Shown in pieces: positions 22,202 to 32,000 of a stretch of DNA of 32,000 bases. The stretch is taken from contig NW_008806274.1 in NCBI RefSeq assembly GCF_000400465.1, positions 360,244 through 392,243 on the forward strand. The letters run 5' to 3'. Source of the DNA: Wallemia ichthyophaga EXF-994 (Eukaryota > Fungi > Basidiomycota). Position 1 is the first letter of the stretch. Each line of letters opens with the position of its first letter. The notes beneath the pieces are model-generated. The model did no database searches, was not told where the DNA came from, and worked only from the letters and a program-made list of their open reading frames with translations. The position numbers and the translations under genes are program-made.

Positions 22202-23604
22202 TTAGTTTGAAATAGCGCTTTCCAGTTTCGATTTGATGTGTTCGAGGAAAGTATCAGTATTTACGTAGTGTTCATCACGAAGATTATTTGCGCCACCTTG
22301 GATAGACACGGCTAAATCTTTAGTGACGACACCATCTTTATCGATAGTCTCAACGCAGATTTGTTCCAATTTCTCAGCAAAGTTTTTCAGTTGAGAGTTG
22401 TTATCCAATTTTGCTCTATGAGACAAGCCTCTAGTCCAAGCGAATATGGAAGCTACAGGGTTAGTTGAGGTAGATTTACCTTGTTGATATTGTCTCCAGT
22501 GACGAGTGACAGTGCCATGAGCAGCTTCAGCTTCTAGAGTTTTGCCATCACTGGTAATTAACTCTGAGGTCATCATACCTAAGCTACCGAAACCTTGTGC
22601 GAGGATATCAGACTGAACGTCACCATCGTAGTTCTTGCATGCCCAAACGAAACCACCAGAGGATTTGATAGCTTGTGCAACCATGTCATCGATTAATCTG
22701 TGTTCATAAGTGATGCCAGCTTGTTCGAATGGTTTCTTGTAATGAGTGTTGAAGACATCAGCAAAAATTTCCAAAAATCTACCATCGTATTTTTTGAGAA
22801 TGGTGTTTTTGGTAGACATATATAAAGGCATTTTCTTAGCTAAAGCTGTTTGGAATGAAGAGTGAGCGAAACCGGTAATAGAGTCATCTGTGTTGTACAT
22901 GGCCATAGCAACACCACTACCTTTAAAGTCATAGACGTGAAGCTGTTGAGGTTGACCACCTTGAGGAGTGTAAACCAACTCTAATTTACCCGGCTTGTCG
23001 GCGATTAAATCAGTTGAGCGGTATTGATCACCGAAGGCATGTCTACCGATTACGATGGGTTTGGTCCAACCGGGGATAGGCTTTGGAACAGATTTGAGGA
23101 TGATAGGTTCTCTAAAAACGGTACCACCGATAATATTTCTAATAGTGCCATTAGGAGATCTCCACATATGCTTTAAATTGAACTCTTCAACTCTAGCTTC
23201 GTCTGGGGTGATAGTTGCGCACTTGATACCAACGTTGTATTGCTTGATAGCTTCAGCAGAATCGACAGTAACTTGATCGTTTGTAGCGTCTCTGTTGAGT
23301 ATACCAAGATCGTAGTATTTGATGTTTAAATCCATGTAAGGTAAGATGAGTTCATTACGGATTTTAGACCAAATAACTCTAGTCATCTCATCGCCATCAA
23401 GTTCAACAATGGGATTGTGTACTTGAATCTTACTTGAGATAGCTGTGGTTGAAACTGTTAACGGCGGAATAGTGAGCCGACGATGATAAGGGATAGAGAA
23501 GACTAACAGTGGGTTGCAGGGATAGACATCTTGATAAAATTATTAAGTATGGTGTTACGAGAAATGTAACTGCGTGATTGAATCAGATTTCCGATTCTTA
23601 ACAT
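22202..23604 (-). CDS. IDP1: NADP-dependent isocitrate dehydrogenase (449 aa from ATG 23604, 424 aa from ATG 23529)
   Basis: Exons 23604 (or 23529)-23508 and 23454-22202. Motifs [63 protein letters not shown]. Confidence 0.96.
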
Positions 23605-23668
23605 GCCTGTGATCGTTGGTCGGAGAGAGTCATTCAACTCGGAAATATAAAGCCGATAAAGAAATAGA

Positions 23669-24277
23669 ATGAAATGGTGAGATTTGATTGGTAATTTTGG
23701 TAATAAATTATGAATATTAAATAGTTTATTGCACTTGGAGGACTGTCAGCCAACGACAGCATTAGAAAGTGTTATACATGATTTGACAGCGAGGTTTAAT
23801 GTGTGTAGTGGGAGTATCAATGGAATTATTCTAATATGAAACATCCAGTTCAACGCTAAGCAGAAGTACCATTTGGAGATACGCAGCTACTTGAATCAGT
23901 CCAAGTCAACGATTTACACTGTTAACATAAATAAAAGCGAGGAGATTGAAATAGTCTTTAATGAAAATCTGTCAAACAAGACATCCTCAAAACAATTCCA
24001 GTTGCTTTATCAGAAGGATAAGCAATTCACTTTAAAATCTCAACAAATTGTGGTTGAAGGATTTGAATTGAATTTAAATGATTGGTTGATTAGAATTGGT
24101 AACTTGATTTTGAATAACAACAAGTTTAAAGGTTTAGTCGTTGAAATTGATTCCACGCTGATAGCTGGTGATTCACAGGCACGCACTCTTGATGAGTTTA
24201 TAGATGTAATTTTCCCACAATTTAAGCGTGTAGACTCAAAATTATTAAATTATTTCAAATCCATGTCATTCATCTAG
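23669..24277 (+). CDS. MED20: Mediator head subunit Med20/Srb2-like, about 170 aa
   Basis: Exons 23669-23676, 23725-23800 and 23849-24277. The motif IVVEGFEL.L.DWLIRIGNL......KGLVVEI matches the Med20 C-terminal pattern. Confidence 0.7.
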
Positions 24278-24310
24278 TCTCTCTTTACTCACCATCACTC
24301 ATATTCACTC

Positions 24311-25459
24311 ATGTTCGATGCCGTTAGAGACGCCGAGAAGCTTGTTTATAAGCCATCCGCTGATTATAATCTCCCGCCATTATCTCAGCATGACTACGAT
24401 GTATACTCAAACCCCTTGAATCCTCTTCGATCAACTTACCGTCCTTCAAAAAGGCCAGTCCCAAATCCTACAAATTTAAACTCAAATAACAAAAAATTCA
24501 AAGCAAATCAATATCAAGTTACTCAGTATTACAATGACAGACCCGATTATGGTAAAGATCTCAGAAAAATGTCACCAATTTTCAATCTAAAGAACTTTAA
24601 TAATTGGATAAAGGCAGTTTTAATAGCTTCATTTGCTAGATTTGAACATCCTCCTCTTGCTAGAGTTTTAGATATTGGCTGCGGTAAGGGCGGTGATCTA
24701 AACAAGTGGACAAAGAGCAACATTATCGATTACGTCGGTTTAGACATCGCTCAAGTTTCTATAAACCAAGCACAAGCTAGATATAACGATATGCGTAAAA
24801 AATCCTTTAATACTCACTTTAACACTCTCGATTGTTTCAAAGAACCTCTAGATAAAGCTATACCGAAAGATTCTTTAGATAAGCAATTTAACGCTGTCAG
24901 CTGTCAATTCGCTATGCACTATGCTTTCGATTCTGAAGAAAGCGTACGATGCCTACTTGAAAACGTCACTAAACATTTAAAACCAGGCGGTTCTTTCATT
25001 GGTACTATCATTGACGCAAGTGTTTTGATTGAAGCTCTTGGTAATATTGATAGTGATGACAATATGGAATTTGGTAATTCACTATTCAGAATTAAGTTCG
25101 ATCAACGTCCCGATGAAAACAATTTCTATGGTCAAAAATACAATTTTCACTTAGAGGACGCTGTTGACGCACCTGAATACTTGATTCAATGGGATATATT
25201 TACAGAGTAAGCCTTGTTCTCAATATTCCTTCAGCTCATCTAAATTCACCCCAGACTAGCGAGAAGCTACGGTCTTGAATTACTGGCATACAAGCCATTC
25301 CAAGAAATATTTTATGAACAAATACACGTCACTGAATTTCAACGACTAGCATCTCATCTTAAAATTATCGATGATTACGGTACTCCTATTTTAAGTGATG
25401 ATGAATGGGGTACTGTGGGTATTTACGTTGCATTTGCATTTAAGAAGGTGGACAATTGA
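24311..25459 (+). CDS. ABD1: mRNA cap guanine-N7 methyltransferase, about 366 aa
   Basis: Exons 24311-25206 and 25255-25459. Motifs SPIFNLKNFNNWIKAVLI, VLDIGCGKGGDL.KW, SCQFAMHYAF, LKPGG.FIGT, LEDAVDAPEY, IYVAFAFKK. Confidence 0.96.
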
Positions 25460-25496
25460 TTAATTTTGTATTTATTTTCCTTGACCACGTACAACG

Positions 25497-26584
25497 ATGA
25501 CTAACTTCATCCATTGTGCCGTTTGTCACAAGATGCTTTTAAATGATTCAAAATCAAATTTTTATACTTCAAAATGTGGTGATATTTTTTGCGATAGTTG
25601 CTCACGTGAATTTTCTTTTTCTTTCGTCATCTTGATAACGTTGGTTGATGGTTGATCTATAGGCAGAATTGGAGAGCCATGCCCAATCTGTAACCAAAAA
25701 TTATCTGCAATTAAGGAAATTGATAGAGAGGTAATTTGATCTCTGCAATTTGCTTGAGTTTTCAGTTACAGCTCTTACTCGTTAATAGGATGTTCACTTT
25801 CAGTCGCCAGGCACTTTGACTGGTATTTGCAACGACGTTGTCAACGTAAGTAGATTTATAATCAATCACGCTTTCTAATGTAGTCTCAGTTTCAATTTCA
25901 GCAAGCTGCTTATCTAGTTGAATACTACAGGACACGTACTATAAAGCAAAGAGACTTGATTGAGAGGGCAACAAAAGAACTGTTAACGTTGAGCAGTCTC
26001 AAAAAGTATTATAGCTATGACGCTATCGCCCCCTCTTATTAATCCTCCATAGACAAAATGCAACACTAAAGCAGCAAATAAAGTTAATAAAAGGTGAAAC
26101 GAGTAACGAAAGCAACTGCAATGCTTTAAAAAGTTCGTCAACCATAATTGGTAATACAAGTGTCCAGAAAGACGTGCCGAAATTACGACCAGGTTTTGTC
26201 AATCCAGCAAATATCAACCCTCAAGACAACATAATCAATAAAGGTGCTTTGTTAAACATCACGGACTTTGGTAAGGGGAAACACGCAACTCAGAAATCTA
26301 CAAATTCGTTATCAAGGACGGCTTCCTTTACAATCCCACATGTGAACAAAATGATCAGACCTTTACCACTCACCGACTATGATACCAATAAAGTCAACAA
26401 TGAGCCTAAATCTTACAAGAAAATCCATCCAACATTCATGCCTCCGATCGATTCAAACAAGAATATCATTAGTTTAGATGATGATATTACTGAAACCAGT
26501 CGTAACGCCAATATAATTAATCCAGTCAAGTCATCCAGATTCAGTATTGCTTCCTCCAATCAGTTGAAGTGGGTGAATTATTAA
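25497..26584 (+). CDS. Zip3/RNF212-like meiotic RING-finger plus coiled-coil protein, at least 293 aa
   Basis: Exons 25497-25605, 25663-25730, 25789-25845, 25890-26005 and 26053-26584. RING reads FIHCAVC..FYTSKCGDIFCDSC..CPIC, followed by FQFQQ coiled coil and a low-complexity tail. The 3' end may extend through a further intron at 26569-26613 (GTGGGT..GCTGAC..AAG), giving LKRFAFGG. Confidence 0.65.
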
Positions 26585-27019
26585 CACCGTCTATTGCTGA
26601 CAATCCGCCAAAGAAGATTTGCTTTTGGTGGCCGAGAGAGTAGTGATAATAGGTATTTTAAGGAATGATTTGTAGTCAGTGTTTAGCTTTTGTGATCTAG
26701 CGCGATTATTCATATTTACATAAACTTCCATTTGCGGTAAAACCAACTTCCAAGGCTTCAAATTGTGGCAAACGCAAGCAGAGTGTTGAAACAGATGCAA
26801 ATTGTTGATATATTGAATTTATTACCCCACAAATAGTATTTCTGGGTCAGGGCACCACTACTTACTCTCCTCCGCTTTTGAAGATAACAGCCAACGTATA
26901 TGAAAATCAGTTTATAGGGGCATAACACAAACTTGATTGACATTTTAAATTACGCCTTTTTTAAACTTGACTTATTATTGGTTTAATTACATCGGCACTT
27001 TTATCTCACGAAATCTTAT

Positions 27020-28277
27020 ATGAACAGACGGATTAACTGGACGCCTGACAATGTTGATGAGACTTGGGACGACTACTTTGAACGTGAGTTTGTAATCGTT
27101 TTTAATATCCCCTTTGACAATTCGTGCTACAGCTCAGCATGAGAAAGCTGGTTTGGGTGTAGTATCGGCAATAGGTCTGTTATCAGCAATGTCCACTTTC
27201 GGATTATTATCTTATATTATATGGCACGCCAGACTTAATTATGATGCAAGACATCCACACCCCATTGTTGCTGTATCCGGATCGTTACCTTCCTTTATCA
27301 ACAGCGCACCTGGTATATACCTGGTTAGTCTATTCATTAGCCACTTTATCTATGGCGTTGGCTTCACCATCGGTTTCCGCTGGACTGTCACGCAATACAT
27401 ATCAGTAGGTCCGCTATGCGATGCCCAAGGATCTTTATTGCAAATAGGCGATTTGGGCTATGCTTTCTGGTCTGGTGCCATTGCATATCACACATTTAGT
27501 TTGCTTTACTTTAGACATTCACCCCCAAATTGGGTGAATAAAGCTATAATGGGCATATGCTGGACTTTGCAGATTGTCTTGCCCATAATTGGTCCTACTG
27601 CGGTGGCTTATCCTAATAGACTATATGATTATTCAGGTGGAACTTGGTGCTGGATCAGTGGAAGGTATGATGTATTGCAGCTATTGTTTTACTTCATCCC
27701 TTCCTGGTGCTCAGTATTCATGTCTACAATAATGTATATAACGGTGTATATACACACGTCAAGATTCTTCAGCAATCAATCATTCTCGTCATCTCTTCAT
27801 TCGAGCGCAAACACTATTAGCGATGACGATGAAGCTGCTTTTTACATCGGTACAAAAGTCAAGAAAAAAGCTAGATCATTGTTGATCTATCCACTTGTTT
27901 ATGGTATATTACTTACACCGGTATCGATTGTGAAAATGGGTTCAATGGCTGGTTGGAGGTCACCGTTCTGGTTGGCATGTCTGTCAGGTGTATTTATATC
28001 AAGCTCTGGATGGATGGATGTTTTATTGTTTCTATATACAAGAAGAGCATTCTTACAAGAAGCTAGAAGAACTGCAAGGATCAGAACAAAATCTAGGTCA
28101 AAATCTAAGTCAAGGAACTTTAACGAAGAAAATATTAGACTTCAGAATATGACCATGGGCAGTGCGCCAAACAACCTTGAAGAATCATTAGGTCTCGGAG
28201 GTGTGCAAGCAAAAATGGAGTTAGACAGATTAAACTTGAATCTCCTAAACGAACAAAAGGAACAGAAAGTATTTTGA
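27020..28277 (+). CDS. Seven-TM GPCR, Git3/Gpr1 (sugar-sensing)-like, about 402 aa
   Basis: Exons 27020-27083 and 27133-28277. Seven hydrophobic segments; motifs LCDAQG.L.Q.GD, AIAYHTF, WCWIS, LLIYPLVY, G.MDVLLFLYTRR. Confidence 0.8.
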
Positions 28278-28446
28278 GAGGCGAGATATCTATGAAATAT
28301 CACAACACGCACCAATTAGTTAAAAATCCAACGCACAAAATAAAAATGCAACAGTTGCTATTGTAATTTTATAATGTATTGTATTCAAACCTTATTCGAT
28401 AAAAGAAATATAACTTGTTTGCTCACATCTGTCTCTTCCACCCACG

Positions 28447-29155
28447 ATGGATATAGAGGCACTAGTAAATAAAAAAATTGCGGAGATAAACGATAATAAG
28501 ATAAAAATCAACGAGCTGATCAAATATTTCAATAAATTTTATCAACTCATTTCTTTAAATAACAATTTCAGTTTAGACAAATTTAAGAAGATCAAATTAA
28601 ATTATCAGCTAAAATCTAATCAGCTCAAAGCAATGTTGGATAAAGAGTCGGAAGATGTTGCAAGTCTTCTTTCAACTTTAGACAAATATAAAAGCATTTA
28701 CTTGGAGCCTACTCATCCTGTCGCTTTCAAGTTACCTAAGGTTGATCACTCTATAGAAGATCAATGGATTTTAGCTAAAATTATACAGTCGATAAATAGT
28801 GACATTAATCAATACAAGGTACAAGACGTGGAGCCCTCTGAAGATGGTGGCCCCGGTCAAGTTTGGCAGACTGACCTAAAATCCATCATTGCTTTACCCG
28901 TTCATTCGAAAAGCACTTTTAAGTCAAGCACTCTCGTTCTAGGTTTATACCCAGACACGACATCATTCTATGTTGGTAGTTCACTACACATATCTTTGTT
29001 TGATTAACTTTGTTCAACAGAGAGCCACAGTCATTCAACCACCGGATACTGTCGCTAATAGAACTACGTATCTACTTCGATTCGAAGACGACGATGCCCC
29101 GTTCCAGACAGTATCACCCGAATACGTGATAAGTCTTCCTAATGGTACGAATTAG
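28447..29155 (+). CDS. SGF29: SAGA subunit Sgf29 (tandem Tudor), about 219 aa
   Basis: Exons 28447-28971 and 29021-29155. Motifs VAFKLP, QWILAKI, YKVQDVEP, VLGLYPDTTSFYRA.V, YLLRFEDD. Confidence 0.92.
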
Positions 29156-29177
29156 GATTTTTGAGTTATCCGATAAG

Positions 29178-30143
29178 TTATAAGTGTACATTAATCGTGT
29201 TGTTAATAGATTTCATACCCCAGCTAATCGAGTAGTGTTGCAATATTAACGATAGCTCTTCTATTTCGTCAAGAATCTCCAACTTCGATATCCTTTCTTT
29301 CTCTTTCGTAGACACCAAAGTATTACGTATGTATTCCAAGTCTCTGGTATCGCTTTTTGTTAACCCTGCTTCGATGTACTTGTCTTTGTCGTATGTTGAC
29401 ACTCCTGGTAACTCCACACCTCTAGCCTAAGCAAAGCGATTAGATTTGAGCTAGGTGTAGTAATTACTTACTTTCAAGTTTCTTAGCATTGTTTGCCCAA
29501 ATTTATCATCAATGCCTGTCATTTCATAGACTAGTACTAACACATCATTGAAAGATTGTCCAAGCCATCTCAATATCCTATTTGATGCATCTTGTGGCAT
29601 GTACACTAAGACGCATTCACATAAAACTAGTGTAGGTATATCATGGTTGACGTGTGGATTGATCAACGCATTCAGATCAGCTGTCCTCAAATCAGTTGGT
29701 AGAAGTTTGTATCTGTTACTGAGTAATCTTGATCCGCCTGCTTCTATGACAACATCTTCATCCAATTTGCTAGACAAAACATCACTTTTACGTATATGCA
29801 TAATCTTTCTCGATGTCAATTCGTCGAAATCAACCTCAATGTACTTGAATATTCTATCATCACCGCTATACCTCCAAAACCTGGTGTCAGAACCAGATCC
29901 TAGGCTGATGATCTGAGCTCTCGACGTGGATGATAGGAACTGGTTGATAACATTGTCGATTGCGTATGTTCTTATATGCGTTCCCCTGTTTATGACAGGT
30001 GGTCGAGGTACTTGTTGTGATCTACTCAACCGACCAACGAAAAGCTCAGTGTAGGGATCCTCAATATATCCCTTTTGTATTGCTGACAACCTGCTTAGAA
30101 TTGCATCCATATCCGTCATCCTCGTCGCATCATCACTCGTCAT
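29178..30143 (-). CDS. PPM1: Leucine carboxyl methyltransferase 1 (PP2A methyltransferase), about 306 aa
   Basis: Exons 30143-29472 and 29426-29178. Motifs TD.DA..SRLSA..KGY..D, PPVINRGTHIR, QIISLGSGSDTRFW, LCECVLVYM, DKFG..M..NL..RG..LPG, LDEIEEL.LILQHY. Confidence 0.93.
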
Positions 30144-30195
30144 AGTTCAGTGAGAAGCATGCCTCAGTCCAAACCCTCATTGACCAAAAGTGATA

Positions 30196-31305
30196 ATGGG
30201 AAACAATTCTGACAGCTCTTTGTCACCGCCACCACCTTCTATTTCACCACCACGCAAACGGCAAAAAGGCAGCGCCACAAATAAGTTTATGTCTGACTCT
30301 ACGAAGCCTCCGTCCAAATCAAAGTACAGAATACCAAAATACGTTAAAGACAATTGCGAATTTGTACAACGTTTGGATACATCGCATAAGATTGGTTCAC
30401 ATTGTTCAGCAGCAGGTGGGGTATATAAGGCGGTGATAAATGCGGCTATCAACGGTTCTAATGCATTTGCATTGTTTTTGAGCAACCAAAGACAATGGAA
30501 GTCGAAACCTCTATCCCAAGATGACATTGATCACTTCAATAATACTTTGATTGAACACAATTACGATAGAAGCTTGATTTTGCCTCATGGCAATTATCTT
30601 ATTAACCTTGGTAATCCCAATGATGATACTAGGCAGAAATCGCTTCAGTGCTTCATTGATGAATTACACAAATGTGAACAGCTTCGATTGCCTTTTCTTA
30701 ATTTCCATCCGGGTTCGACGGTTGGTTTAAGTACGGTTGAAGAATGTTGTAAGAAAATCGGTGAATCTATTTCACTGGCATTGAACGAAAGCAGGAATGT
30801 CACTATCCTGATTGAAAATATGGCTGGTCAGGGATCTACGGTCGGAAAAAGTTTCGATGAGTTGAGAATGATAATAGACAGCGTCAAAGATAAATCGAGG
30901 GTTGGTGTTTGCCTTGACACATGTCATCTATTTGCCTCAGGATACAATATCAGCACATATCAAGCATACTGCAACACATTCGAAAGCTTCGATGAAATTG
31001 TTGGCTTTCGCTACTTGAAAGCTTTGCACTTGAATGACTCACTAACGCCTTGTAATTCAAAGAAGGACAGGCATCACAATATAGGTGTTGGATGCATCGG
31101 GTTAAACGCATTCGAATTCATCATGAACGACGACAGGCTAACTAATATCCCAATGATACTCGAGACGCCTGCCAGTGAAAATGGAGAAGATATTTGGTCG
31201 CTAGAAATTGATCTTTTGCATTCACTTCAGCGTAAAGAAGTTAATCAAGATAAGATACACCGCTTAAGAAGCTTAATTGAGAGTTATTCGAAATTTGTAA
31301 AGTAG
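30196..31305 (+). CDS. APN1: AP endonuclease, endonuclease IV family, about 369 aa
   Basis: Single exon; first in-frame ATG at 30196. Metal-ligand motifs IGSH, HGNYLINL, NFHPGS, ENMAGQG, CLDTCH, HLNDS, DRHHNIG, ILETP. Confidence 0.96.
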   Translation: MGNNSDSSLSPPPPSISPPRKRQKGSATNKFMSDSTKPPSKSKYRIPKYVKDNCEFVQRLDTSHKIGSHCSAAGGVYKAVINAAINGSNAFALFLSNQRQWKSKPLSQDDIDHFNNTLIEHNYDRSLILPHGNYLINLGNPNDDTRQKSLQCFIDELHKCEQLRLPFLNFHPGSTVGLSTVEECCKKIGESISLALNESRNVTILIENMAGQGSTVGKSFDELRMIIDSVKDKSRVGVCLDTCHLFASGYNISTYQAYCNTFESFDEIVGFRYLKALHLNDSLTPCNSKKDRHHNIGVGCIGLNAFEFIMNDDRLTNIPMILETPASENGEDIWSLEIDLLHSLQRKEVNQDKIHRLRSLIESYSKFVK

Positions 31306-31392
31306 CTTTTGCCCTTTCTGCTGTTTTATTTCCAATTATAAATTAGTCGTATACGTCAACCATCTCTTCAACTAAAACGGTCAGGTGCTGAA

Positions 31393-32000
31393 ATGCCATC
31401 TGTCAGTATCATAATCGTTTAAGTACACGTAGGACTAATATCCATCGATATAGTATTCGGAATTGATTCAAATGGCAAAAGCCAACTCCGAGAGAGGCGC
31501 ACAGCATCTTGAAGACATGAAGAGGCACAAAGAGGAGCAAGACGAGCATGCAAGAGCTCAATCAAAACGGAAGGAGGATGAGCGGAGGCGAGCCCAAGAT
31601 GAAATCTCAAAACGGCGCAAGACAACGGAGTTACGTAATAAGGAGGTCGAAGCTGATCGCTTGAATCAACGTAAGAAAGCTAGATCTATGCAAAGCCATA
31701 GTCAAAATGTTACTAGTAGTCTTGCTTCTAGGAATAGAGCATCATCTTCCGATAAAAGTACAAAACCTGCCAAGGTGTGTACGAAATCGACTTAACTACC
31801 CATTGCTTATACATGAACAGCAACAGGAAGTACTTACCCGTGAAGAAAAGCGTAACATTAAGCAAAAGAAAGATTTCGGTGAATACGGTGCGCGACAGAA
31901 ATCGAAGTCACAACAAAAACCACATCAAGACAACTACCAATCAGGGGGTCTAATTGCACTCAATACAAAGAAGAGAGATACGAGAACAATCGAAGAAATT
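31393..32000 (+). CDS. Probable Spt2-like chromatin protein (5' part only)
   Basis: Exons 31393-31401, 31454-31774 and 31821->32000. N-terminus MPSYSELIQMA, charged coiled coil, LTREEKR, and LNTKKRDTRTIEEI, a motif I recall from basidiomycete Spt2 N-termini. The diagnostic C-terminal domain lies outside the window. Confidence 0.55.

Noticed and set aside
26585-27019. Independent gene in the gap between the RING gene and the GPCR (track ORFs 26591-26800, 26758-26943)
   Set aside because: No motifs. The region is better explained as alternative 3' exons or UTR of the RING gene plus the GPCR promoter.
1-32000. Transposons, CRISPR arrays, secondary-metabolite or defence clusters, horizontally acquired island
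   Set aside because: No transposase or RT motifs, terminal repeats, spacer arrays or backbone enzymes. The genes are functionally unrelated housekeeping loci with uniform intron style.

Overview
Very compact, intron-rich fungal chromosome segment. It looks basidiomycete, and the gene density, short introns and protein style suggest Wallemia (inference only). I reconstructed 21 protein genes by hand, with about 38 GT-AG introns of 43-58 nt: SEC10 (partial), CDK1/CDC28, a Jid1-like J-protein, RAM1, VTA1, an Rxt2-like protein, a ZC3H3/Red5-like CCCH protein, RSM25, a Kel1/Tea1-like kelch protein, RanGAP, an MFS transporter, YOS9, NADP-IDH, MED20, ABD1, a Zip3/RNF212-like RING protein, a Git3/Gpr1-like GPCR, SGF29, PPM1, APN1 and an Spt2-like protein (partial). 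There is also one intron-containing tRNA-Phe(GAA). I found no mobile element, CRISPR array or biosynthetic cluster, so the content is mostly housekeeping. The best leads are: a 2-kb protein-free gap (10132-12188) with hairpins and orphan splice signals; extreme intergenic compaction (divergent ATGs 29-86 bp apart); GAG/AAG 3' splice sites forced by conserved protein motifs; a hidden mitochondrial presequence on IDH; a divergent Rxt2 homologue; and a meiotic RING protein with a His-to-Asp zinc-ligand change. All exon coordinates were read manually and need RNA-seq confirmation.
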